DNA of 64,000 nucleotides from an uncultured Thermoleophilia bacterium. GTDB lineage: Bacteria; Actinomycetota; Thermoleophilia; UBA2241. Position 1 is the first letter of the stretch. Every line of letters begins with the position of its first letter. Position numbers and translations under genes: made by a program. Location of the stretch: the NCBI GenBank assembly GCA_963736645.1, contig CAVTPJ010000004.1:154663-218662 (forward strand), written 5' to 3'. The notes under the pieces were generated by a model. That model did no database searches. It saw only the letters and a list, made by a program, of their open reading frames with translations, and was not told where the DNA came from. Shown one piece after another: positions 31,773 to 41,631 of this stretch.

Positions 31773-32507
31773 ATGGCACTCACGAACAGGTACGCGGCCG
31801 CCGCACTGCTCGCGGCTCTCGCGCTGGCGCTCGTTGCGCTCGCCGGCTGCGGGGAGACCGCCACCACCACGGCAGGCGGCACCGCCGCCGTCAACACCGT
31901 GACCGCATCCGGCGCCGGCACCGCCCAGGCCGTGCCGGACACGGCCGAGATGTCCTTCGGCGTCACCACGACGTCGTCCAACGCCAAGACGGCACTGGAC
32001 GACGCCTCCAAGGTCGCCGAGCAGATCGCCTCCGCGGTCAAGAAGCAGGGCATCGCCGACGAGGACATCCAGACGCAGGACGTCAGCGTCTACCCGCAGA
32101 CCGTCGACCAGGACGGCAAGCAGGTCATCACCGGCTACCAGGCGTCGCTGAGCGTGCGCGTCAAGGTGCGCGACATCGCCAAGCTCGGCGAGGTCATCTC
32201 GGCCGCGAACGCCGCCGGCGCCAACAGCATCAGCGGCCCCACGTTCACCATCGACGACCCGGCGCCCGCCCGCGCCGAGGCGATCGACGAGGCCGTGGCC
32301 GACGCCCGCAAGAGCGCCGAGGCGATGGCCGAGGCCGCCGGCAAGAGCGTCGGAGAGGTGCTGAGCATGAGCTCGAGCGACGTGGGCATGGTCGCCGAAG
32401 CGATGTACGGCCAGGCCGACATGGCCGGGGCGGCCAGGGACGTGCCCATCGAGCCGGGTCAGCTCGACATCACCGCGAACGTGGTCGTGGTCTTCGAGCT
32501 CAAGTAG
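31773..32507 (+). CDS. SIMPL domain (DUF541/YggE) lipoprotein
   Basis: Lipobox LAGC; VPDTAEMSFGV, DIQT, GAN.ISGPTF, PIEPG. Confidence 0.9.
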   Translation: MALTNRYAAAALLAALALALVALAGCGETATTTAGGTAAVNTVTASGAGTAQAVPDTAEMSFGVTTTSSNAKTALDDASKVAEQIASAVKKQGIADEDIQTQDVSVYPQTVDQDGKQVITGYQASLSVRVKVRDIAKLGEVISAANAAGANSISGPTFTIDDPAPARAEAIDEAVADARKSAEAMAEAAGKSVGEVLSMSSSDVGMVAEAMYGQADMAGAARDVPIEPGQLDITANVVVVFELK

Positions 32508-32523
32508 CTCAGCTCGATCGCAC

Positions 32524-34005
32524 TCACCCGGGACTGCTCTGGACGCCTGCAGCCCGGTCCGCGCGAGTGAGGATGGCGTCGAGCTCGGCGGAGACGTCGG
32601 ACGGCAGGTCGCAGTCGTCATCCTCGGCGAGCAACGCCAGCGCTTCGTCGCGCGCGCGCCGCGCCAGGTCCACTCTCCCCGCGGCGTCCCACGCCTCGTA
32701 TACCCCGCGGTCGAAGAGCCGGGGGGCCGACATGGCTCTCATGCCGAGCAGTGTGCTTTCGCGGGACATGAATTCCCCGGACCAGCCGACGTCCTGGATG
32801 TCCCCGAGCAGCAGCGTGTCCTCTTCGACAGGGATCCCCTCCAGGACGTGGCGGATCATGCGCGCGATCTCGTCGTCCACGACCAGCTGACCCAGATCGA
32901 ACGTGACGCCCGACTCGACCATGCCCGCTCCGTAGATCTGGTTGGCGCCTGCCAACGCAGTCATCACTCCGGTGAGCGTCTTCTCGTGACCGGCCTGGGC
33001 GTCACACGTCTTGGAATCCGACTACAACCCGGCGACGAGGCTGGGCAGGTTGTATCGGCGCGCCAGTTGCGCGACACCGGCGTTGAGCATGGAGCACTCG
33101 GGCGACCCGACGGGGCACGTACCGACCCGCAGGTCCATGCCGGTGCTCGAGCTCGAAGCGCGGAACGGCGACCCTCGCTCCACCGACTGGACGAGGACGA
33201 GGGTCGCCAGGACCTCCACGTTGTGGGTCACCAGCGCGCCGGCCAGCGTGACCGGCGCCGAGGCGCCGGCCATGACCATGGAGCAGGCGCCGAACGGGAT
33301 GCCGTTCCGCGCCGCCGTGATGGCGACCTCGGTCAGCTCGCGAGGCAGCCGCAGTGGGCTGACAGGGCAGCCACCGAACTCGATGATCGGGCGCTCGCGA
33401 AGACGGTCTCGCCCGCCGACGATGGTCGCGGCCATGTCGATGCTCGCCTCGCACTCGAACGCGTTGGTCGCGCCCGCGACGATGTGCTTGCTCGTGCCGC
33501 GGAAGGCGGCGCGCAAGCCGTGCAGGGAGGCGGTGGGCCCGGGGGCGTCGGACGCGGTCACGGCGACCATGTAGGAGTCGATCGTCCCGAGGCGGTCGGA
33601 CAGGCGCGCGGTGTCCTCCACATCCTGCGTGGTCGCCGGCCGGCGCTCCCCGCTGCGCGCGTCGATCATGAAGAGGCCCTCGCAGAAGTTGGTGAACGTC
33701 ACCCGGTCGCCGCCGAGGAGCACGTCGCGGCCGGGGTCCCGGCCGCACTGGAGCCACTCGGCGGGCGCCGAGCCGATCGCCGCATCCACGACGCCGGGCG
33801 CGATGCGGACGGACCGCGCGTCCCTGTCCACCGCGCACCCGGCGTCCGCGAACACGTCGAGGGCCTCGCGGTCCTCGACCCAGACCCCGGTCTCCTCCAG
33901 TACCTTCAGCGTCGCCTCGTGGAGGTCGTCCAGGTCCCGCTCGCTCAGCACGCTGAGGCGGACCTGAGCGCTGCCGGTCCGCCTGCCGTCACGCACGTCG
34001 TCCAT
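32524..34005 (-). CDS. mttB: Trimethylamine:corrinoid methyltransferase, pyrrolysine-containing (in-frame TAG 33022-24, codon 328)
   Basis: ATG 34005 with GAGGAG RBS; reads YNLPSLVAGL*SDSKTCDAQAGHEKTLTG...ALAGANQIYGAGM in one frame; 493 aa with readthrough; TGA stop. Confidence 0.92.
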
Positions 34006-34016
34006 CCCCGCTCCTC

Positions 34017-35413
34017 TCAGATCCTCGCGTTGGTGCGGAACCGGCTCGACGCAGTTCACGGGGATGCCCAGCACCTCGGCGATGCGGAACTTCGCCTCCA
34101 TCGCGCTCGGCTGCTCGGGGTAGAGCGCCGCTCCCCCGTAGCAGATGCGTCCGAGCCCCAGCTCGCCTCTCACCTCGTGCATCGTCGGAGCGTCCGACAG
34201 GTCCGACGGGCTGACGCCCAGCTTGCCGGCCACGTAGCGCTTCGCTTCAGGGAGCCTCATGCCCCGGGTCATCTGCATGCGAGCCACCAGATCTCCGGCG
34301 GCTCGCATCCCGCCCATGCCCGCGGCGTTGGCGTGCGTCGCGCTCATCCCGAGCGGATCGCCGGCGCCCACCTACAAGCCGTCCACCTTCAGGATGTCGA
34401 CGCAGGCCCGGGCGGCGCGCGAGACCGCGTCGACCGGCGCCCGGACGGCCATCGGCACGCCGCCCACGCCCATCCCGACGTTCATGTGGACGGGAATCTG
34501 CGACTCCTCGCAGCACGGCTTGCACAGCGTCAGCGTGCGGGCCAGGTTCCAGGGCAGCGACTTCGTCGAGTTGACGTTGACGGCGGGCCCGAACACGGTG
34601 GCGCCCGCCGCGGCGGCCAGCTTGACCTGCTGGTGCGGCCAGAGGCCGGCGAGCCGCACGCCCTGCCACTCCAGCTCGCCGTGCATGCCGAGGACCATCT
34701 CGCTCGCCATGCCCATCTCGATGCCCATGTCCGGGCAGCGGTCGCGGATCGCGCGGGTGGCGTTGAGCGCGGCCAGCAGGTCTGCGTCGCCGGCCGCGCC
34801 CGACGTGTCCAGGTCGATCGCCGTCGGCTCCCGCCTCCCACACGCCCTCGGCCACGAAGGCGATGTCGTGCGCGGCCATCTCCGCGGCCTCTTCCTGCGC
34901 GGCGCGCGCCTCGGCGATGCGCCCCAGGGGCAGCAGCTCCGACCAGTTCGCGACCGGGCCGTCCGGCCGGGAGTACCGCCCCAGGTCCGGCATGGCGCCG
35001 TACTGCACCGGCACCGTGAGCGCCTGCTGCGCGTTCTTGAGCGTCTGTCGCTCGAACGGCAGGACGGTCTTCACCGCCTTGAACGAGTAGTCCATGTGGT
35101 ACAGCTCGACGATGTCGGCGCCCAGGTACTGCTCGAACGCCAGCAGGTCGCCCTGACGGCCGGCGACGAGCTGGCCGCCGGTGCCGTCGATGCTGAGCAC
35201 CACCTCCGACCCCAGGTCGACGCTGCTGAACCTGGCCCGTGAGGCGCAGATGTCGAGCAGGTGCTCCGCCTCATCGTCGGTCAGCGCCGGGACGTGAGAG
35301 CGCTTCACCGCCGCGCCGACGCCGGCCTCGATGTCCGCCCGCATCTCGCTCCGGGTCTGCATGAGGAGCGACCCGTCTCCGAGCCGTGTCGGGATCCGCT
35401 CTTCCGTCGTCAT
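34017..35413 (-). CDS. mtbB: Dimethylamine:corrinoid methyltransferase, pyrrolysine-containing (in-frame TAG 34372-74; two +1 indels)
   Basis: IPTRLGDG, DYSFKAVK, YGAMPDLG, DTSGAAGDAD, HMNVGMGVGGVPM and KVDGL*VGAGDPLGM...GMGGMRAAGDLVARMQ; about 464 aa after correction. Confidence 0.9.
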
Positions 35414-35429
35414 GTGACGCCTCCTCCGC

Positions 35430-36906
35430 TCAGCCGCGGCGGGCGCGGTCCAGGGCGCGCGCCACGACGTCGTCGACCGCCGCCTGGACGCTCGCCGGCA
35501 GCGGCTCCGGCCGGTGGGTCGCCAGCAGCTCGTCCACGCGCTCGGCGGCCATCGCCGTGGCGTCCTTGCCGCCGCGCCCGCTGCCAGTCCTCGTAGGTGC
35601 TGCGGTCGAAGATGGCGGGCTGGAACCTGTCGCGCGCGTGCACGCGCGTGTGCTTGTGCTTCAGGAACAGCCCGCCGGGCCCGACCTCGTCGATCACGTC
35701 GAGCCCGAGCGCCTCGTCGCTCAGGTCCACCGGCGCGACGAACGCCTTGATCCACCCGACGATGTCGTCGCCGAGGACCACCTGCGTGAGCGAGCCGGTG
35801 AACGCGGACTCGATGAAGCCGATGTTGTGGTTGATGTGCCCGCCGATGACGGCGTCGGCCATGAGGGTGAGGGCCGTCTCGGCCGCCGCCTGCTGGTCGG
35901 GCAGCTTGCTGTCGGTCACGCCGCCGAGCGTCCACAGCGGCAGCCCGTACCAGTGCAGCAGCGACGAGTAGACGCCGCGGTGGTCCGGCCAGGCGAAGAC
36001 GTCGACCATGGTGCGCATGTCCATGGCCTCGCCGGCCCAGCCGATGGCGATGTACGGAGCGCCCTCGCGCTTGAGCTGGGCCATCACGAGGCCCGCAAGC
36101 ACGCCAGCGTTGACGACCACCGTCGAGCCGGCGACGGTCATCGGCGCTACGGTGCCGGCCGTGGAGACGGGGCTGTAGATGCACGGCAGGCCCTTGCCTG
36201 CGAGGTCGAGGAGCGTCCGGACGGCCTCGCGGTTGTGCACGAGCGGGAACAGCGTGTTCTTGTAGCAGGCCACGAACGGCCGCTCGCGCAGCTGTCGCTC
36301 GCCGCCGGCCACGGCCTCGGCCATGGCGACCGCGTCGCCGTTGGCGGTCTCGTCACCCATCGTGATGTACACGATGGGCTTGGTGGTGTTGGCGAGCATC
36401 GTCGCCATCTGGTAGCGGTCGGCGATGCTCGCCTCGACGTCGCTCGGCGTGAACAGCGACATCGCGAAGTCGATGTTGTCGCACGCGTCCGTCACCGTGG
36501 TCGCCTCGACGCAGTCCTGCAGTACGGCCCGGCGACGCTCGCGCGTGCGGTGGTCGTAGCAGTACATGCAGTCGCTGCCGGTGCCGTAGTAGGTCCGGCG
36601 GCCGGACAGCACGAGGCGCGGCTCGCCGTGTCTGTCGTACAGGGTCACCTCGCGCGGCGCGCTCGCGAGCGCGCGCTCCACCATCTCCGCGCCGATGCGT
36701 ACGCGCGTGCCGTCCACCTCGGCGCCGGCGGCCGCCAGGAGCTTCAGCGCCTCCGGCTCGTCGACGATGAGGCCGGTCCTCTCGAGGACCTGCAACGTCG
36801 CCTCGTGCAGCCGCTCGCACTGCGCGCCTGTCAGACGGGTGAAGAAGCTCCCGATGCCCAGTCCCTGGGCCTTGTCTGTGTGATCGGTCGTCGCGGCTTG
36901 GCGCAT
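35430..36906 (-). CDS. Non-pyrrolysine MttB-superfamily methyltransferase (C-terminal frameshift ~35580)
   Basis: LHEATLQVLERTG, GTVAPMTVAG, LGGVTDSKLPDQQAAAE (Val at the Pyl position), EVGPGGLFL..HT. Confidence 0.88.
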
Positions 36907-37017
36907 GGTCCACCTCCGGTCGCGGTTTGGGTCGCGCGGCGACTATGCACAAGACCGCTCAGGACGCAAGTACTTGCCGCGGCGCGCCGGCCGGCGCGGG
37001 CGGTCGTGGCCTGCCGC

Positions 37018-37899
37018 TCAGCTCCGCCTGATCTCCGCGACGCACCAGTCCAGGGCGGAGAGGAACGCGCGCATGCTCGCGGGGTCGTCCAGGAGACGCA
37101 GGGGGAGGCCGGGGTACTTGTCGAGGACCCCGGCCGGGAGGTCGAAGCGCGGGACCTCGTTGAAGCGGTCCAGCAGCTCCGCCCGCTTCGCCTCGGTAGC
37201 GAACGCGGGGGTCTTGCCGAGGGCCTGGAAGCGGAGGCAGAACAGGCCGTCCGTCCACACGCTGACGACGCTGTGCTCGATGCCGGACCGGAGAATGCCG
37301 GCCATGAAGGACCCGACCTGCTTGCCGTGTCCCCAGTACAGGTGCGGCAGGGACGACCAGCCCCACTCGAGGAGCTGCCGGGCCGGGCCGGCCGCCGCCG
37401 GGTTGTGCTTGGCGAGCGCGGCGAAGAAGGAGTGCTCGTTCCAGTCGCCCCGGTGCGGCACGGGGATCGACCGGCCGACGAAGGGGCCGAGCGCCTCAGC
37501 CAGGCCGTTGAGATTGGCCGCCAGCCACGCGAACAGATCCGGCCAGTCCGCTCGCCGTCCGAGGTCGGCCGGCCGGCGCACCTCGATCTCGTGCATCCGC
37601 TCGCTCACCACGCGCCAGGCGAGCGGCCGCCCGAACGCCGTGTCGATCTCCCCCCGGTGGTCGGCGAGGAGGGCGTAGACGGTCCTCGCCGTCAGGTCGT
37701 CGATCGCGAACTGCGAGCCGATCTCCCCGTCCCGGGTGCGGACCATCGAGAAGAGCCGGCCGCAGTTGAGCCGTGCGTCATGGTGCATCCAGGTCTCGGA
37801 CGACGCGCGTCCGCAGGTGATAGCGCTCCGGTCCGCCATGAACTGCATGAACTCGCGCCAGAACTCGAGCCGCAACCGCGGACCGCCGCCTTGCGACAT
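37018..37899 (-). CDS. DUF4268-like domain protein with a second unknown domain
   Basis: LRLEFW...EIDTAFGRPLAW...WPDLFAWL; AGGAGGAG RBS. Confidence 0.6.
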   Translation of the reverse strand: MSQGGGPRLRLEFWREFMQFMADRSAITCGRASSETWMHHDARLNCGRLFSMVRTRDGEIGSQFAIDDLTARTVYALLADHRGEIDTAFGRPLAWRVVSERMHEIEVRRPADLGRRADWPDLFAWLAANLNGLAEALGPFVGRSIPVPHRGDWNEHSFFAALAKHNPAAAGPARQLLEWGWSSLPHLYWGHGKQVGSFMAGILRSGIEHSVVSVWTDGLFCLRFQALGKTPAFATEAKRAELLDRFNEVPRFDLPAGVLDKYPGLPLRLLDDPASMRAFLSALDWCVAEIRRS

Positions 37900-37933
37900 G
37901 GTGCTCCTCCTTGCGCGCCCTCGAGCCCTCGGG

Positions 37934-39319
37934 CTACGGCTGCACGCGCTGCGCGAAGGCCTTCCAGCCGTCGCCGGCGTGCTCGGTGCCGACGGCGAAG
38001 ATGCCGTTACCCGGCTGGACGAGCATGGCCCGGAACTGGTCGGGGCCGGTCGCGGCCCGTCGCAGCGCCAGATCTTGTCCATCCGGAAGGTCGCACCGGG
38101 GAGGTCGATCGAGGGGATGCGCGCCACCAGCGCGTTGCCCTCGGTGCCCGCGGCGTTGGTGTACCACTCCCCGGCGAGGTAGAGGCTGCCGTCCGGGTCG
38201 ACGGCCACGTCGTTGAAGACGATGGGGTAGGCGGCGGGGCTGTAGTCGGCCCAGTACATGCCCGACGCGGCCAGGTCGGAGCCGTCGGCCTTGAGCAGGT
38301 CGACCCAGGCGGTCGTGAGCGGAGCGCCGCCGAGGCTCGTCTGGAACGTGCCCACGAGCACCACTCGCCCCTTGGCGTCCACCGTCATGGCGTCGACCGT
38401 GCTGACGTGGCCGCCCGGCGTCCACGCGTAGATCCGCTTGCCGGTCAGGCTGTACTTCACCGCGACCGGCCACTCGTGCCACTTGTACAGGTCGCCGCCC
38501 ACGTACACGGCCGAGCCCTTGACCTTGATGAAGTGGCCGGAGTAGCTGATGCCGAGCCCGCTGACCGTCCGCTGCCAGACGCGCTTGCCGTAGGCGTCGA
38601 CCTTGACGGTCACCATGGTCCCGACGCCCACATTGCCGCCGGTCTGCCCGGTGACGTAGGCGTTGCCCTTCGCGTCGGCGGCGACGGCCTCGAACGAGTC
38701 GTACTTCGAGGTCGTCATGACGTACTTCCACTTGAGCTTGCCCGCCGTCGTGTACTTGAGCAGGACGGCGTCGTCGTAGCCGGCGTCCTTGCCGGCCCTG
38801 CCGGCGACGTAGACGGTGCCCGTCGGCGTCACGGTGAGGCCGGAGGGGAAGTCGGCGAGGTGCGCCGGGCCGTCCCAGCTCTTCTGCCACAGGACGGCCC
38901 CCGCGGGGCTGTACTTGACGAGGTAGATGTCGCCGGCGCTCGTCTTGTCGGTACCGACCACGTAGAGGTTCTTCGCCTTGTCGGTGGCGACGAGCATGGC
39001 CGACGCACCGGCGCCGTCGGGCCCGGTGCGCGTGTCGGTCCACTCGGTGGAGCCCTCGGTGTCGGCGCCGCAGTCGACGCGGTTGACGACCCACTGACGA
39101 CCACGTCGCCGGCCGTGTAGAACGAGAAGCCGGGGCCGGCGGTCACGGCGCGGAAGGCGGCGGCCCGCCGGCCGGCACGTACGGGTACGACCAGGCCCAC
39201 TCGCCTTCGGGCGGCATGGCGGCTTGCGCGGCAGGAGCCGAGGCGAGCAGCCCGGCCGAGCAGAGCAGCCCGGTCGCGACGAGCACGCCTACCAGAGTAG
39301 TCAGGGACAGACGGCGCAT
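37934..39319 (-). CDS. Secreted beta-propeller repeat protein (SBBP-like), frameshifted
   Basis: Signal peptide; repeats D..GN.YVTG...T.KY...G...W. Confidence 0.7.
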
Positions 39320-39467
39320 CACGGACCTCCATCGACTCGACGACCGGGACGGACTCCCGGACTCATGACGCGTAAGCTCGGCCCCATACTAGCCCGATAA
39401 GCCGGACAATGAAGCTCTCTTCAGAGTCAAGACCCCGTCCCGCCGGCACACGAGCTGCAGGTCGGCT

Positions 39468-40553
39468 TCAGCCGCCGCCGGTCAGCTTGAAGTAGTCCTT
39501 GGCGGCCTTGCTGATCGTCTTCGACTTGCGGTCCCTCTCGGCGCGAAGACGTCCGTCCGCCTTGGCCGCCGCCTCCTGCGCCTCGGCCAGCAGCTTCTGG
39601 TAGCTGGCCAGACGCTCCGGCTGCAGCGCTCCCGACTCGGCGGCGGCCCGGACCGCGCAGCCGGGCTCGTGGTCGTGCGTGCAGTCGCGGAAGCGGCATG
39701 ACTCGGCGAGCAGCTCGATGTCCGCGAAGACCGAGGCGATCCCGTCCTCCGACCCCGTCAGGCCGAGCGACCGCAGCCCGGGAGTGTCGATGAGCACGCC
39801 GCCGCGCGGCATCGGGATGAGCTCGCGGGCGACCGTCGTGTGGCGCCCGCGCCCGTCGCCCTCCCGCACGTCGTGCGTCGCCTGTCGCTGCTCGCCGAGA
39901 AGCCCGTTGATGAGGGTGGACTTGCCGGCGCCCGAGGGGCCGACCAGGACCGCGGTGCGATGACCCGTGATGTAGGCGAGGAGCAGCTCGGCGCTCTCGC
40001 CGGCCAGCGCGTTGGTGACGAGCACGTCCACGCCGAGCGCGACCGACTCGGTCGCCTGTCGCGCCGCCTCCGGGTCGGCGGAGAGGTCCGCCTTGGTGAG
40101 CACCACGACCGGGACGGCCCCCGAGTCCCACGCCAGGGAGAGCTCGCGCTCGATGCGGCGGAGGTTGGGCGGATCGGCGATCGGATGGACCACGAACACG
40201 GTGTCGATGTTGGCGGCCAGGACCTGGACGTCCGCGGCCTTGCCCGGGTCGCCGCGCGTGATGGCGCTCGCGCGTTCGAGCACCGCCTCGATGAGCGCGA
40301 CTTCGAGGTCGTCGTCCGCCGTGACGGCCACCCAGTCGCCGGTGGCCGGCATGTCGGCGGGTCCGCGAGCCGCCTTCGAGAGACGCGCGGAGGGCTGCGC
40401 GCGGACGATGCCCTCGGGCGTGGCGACCAGCGCGCTGCCGCGGTCGCTGCGGACCACGCGCGCGGGCGTCAGACCCTGCCCGGCGAAGGGCTCGAAGAGC
40501 GCCTGCCAGTGCGGGGAGTAGCCGAGCGCTTGAAGGGCGGTGATGTCGGCCAA
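39468..40553 (-). CDS. rsgA: Ribosome small subunit-dependent GTPase A
   Basis: QVLAANID, LTKADL, GPSGAGKSTLIN, GRHTT, DTPGLR and CRFRDCTHDHEPGC. Confidence 0.95.
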   Translation of the reverse strand: MADITALQALGYSPHWQALFEPFAGQGLTPARVVRSDRGSALVATPEGIVRAQPSARLSKAARGPADMPATGDWVAVTADDDLEVALIEAVLERASAITRGDPGKAADVQVLAANIDTVFVVHPIADPPNLRRIERELSLAWDSGAVPVVVLTKADLSADPEAARQATESVALGVDVLVTNALAGESAELLLAYITGHRTAVLVGPSGAGKSTLINGLLGEQRQATHDVREGDGRGRHTTVARELIPMPRGGVLIDTPGLRSLGLTGSEDGIASVFADIELLAESCRFRDCTHDHEPGCAVRAAAESGALQPERLASYQKLLAEAQEAAAKADGRLRAERDRKSKTISKAAKDYFKLTGGG

Positions 40554-40684
40554 GCTCAGTTCCCGTCTCCACGCGGTGGGAGTCCTCTTGGGACCATAGC
40601 ATCCACGCGCGCCGTCGCGGGACTGTCTGAGGGGCTCAGGCGGGTTCGCAGGCAGCTTGCGCTCGACGCAGTACGACGCGCGGA

Positions 40685-41510
40685 TCGCCGCGAACCTCTG
40701 TCTGCGCACGAGCGTCCTACGGGCAGGGGCACGGACGGCGCAGCCGCTTGCGGCGCGCTCACACTTCAAAGGGGGAACGTCATGGCACTCAGGACCAGGT
40801 ACGCCACCGCCGCACTGCTCGCGGCTCTCTCGCTGGCGCTCGTCGCGCTCGCCGGCTGCGGGCGACACCACCAACGTCACGGCGGCCGCCGCCGCCAACA
40901 CCGTGACCGCCTCCGGCGCCGGCACCGCTCAGGCCGTGCCGGACACGGCCGAGATGTCCTTCGGCGTCACCACGACGTCGCCCAACGCCAAGTCGGCTCT
41001 CGACGAGGCCTCCAAGGGCGCCGAGCAGATCGCCTCCGCGGTCAAGAAGCAGGGCATCGCCGACGAGGACATCCAGACGCAGGACGTCAGCGTCTACCCG
41101 CAGACCGCCGACCAGGACGGCAAGCAGGTCATCACCGGCTACCAGGCGTCGCTCAGCGTGCGGGTCAAGGTGCGCGACATCGCCAAGCTCGGCGAGGTCA
41201 TCTCGGCCGCCAACGCCGCCGGCGCCAACAACATCAGCGGCCCCACGTTCACCATCGACGATCCGGCGCCCGCCCGCGCCGAGGCGATCGACGAGGCCGT
41301 GGCCGACGCCCGCAAGAGCGCCGAGGCGATGGCCGAGGCCGCCGGCAAGAGCGTCGGAGACGTGCTGAGCATGAGCTCGAGCGACGCGGGCGCGGTCCCC
41401 ATGGCCTACGGCACGGCCGACGCGGCCGGGGCGGCCAAGTCGGTGCCCATCGAGCCGGGTCAGCTCGACATCACCGCGAACGTGGTCGTGGTCTTCGAGC
41501 TCAAGTAGCT
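40685..41510 (+). repeat. Direct repeat copy B (ECF-type promoter, leader and SIMPL gene)
   Basis: Highly similar to 31675..32509; GAAC-N17-CGTC at 40692-40716. Confidence 0.92.
40782..41508 (+). CDS. SIMPL domain lipoprotein, second copy (frameshift ~40862)
   Basis: Protein nearly identical to 31773..32507. Confidence 0.88.
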
Positions 41511-41631
41511 TCAGGGTGCGCGCCGTGCATGATTGTCGGCCGGACGGGAGAGAAACCCGTGTCTAGGGGTAGCGCGCGCGCGCTGGCGGTCTGAGGCACC
41601 GGGTGTGGAGCCCGGCCGCCTCGCTCAGCGC

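Larger units (their letters stand above)
31675..32509 (+). repeat. Direct repeat copy A (ECF-type promoter, leader and SIMPL gene)
   Basis: Highly similar to 40685..41510, including the non-coding leader. Confidence 0.92.

Noticed and set aside
36964-36980. Sigma-54 promoter for the mtt operon
   Set aside because: GG-to-GC spacing is 9 nt rather than the required 10
37018-38997. 659-aa fusion of beta-propeller and DUF4268
   Set aside because: Caused by a frameshift ~38050; the propeller ends at TAG 37934 and the next gene has its own RBS and ATG at 37899
61-39120. Very long antisense ORFs (61..1842, 24680..27439, 35386..39120)
   Set aside because: Shadow ORFs opposite real genes in high-GC DNA, with no recognisable motifs
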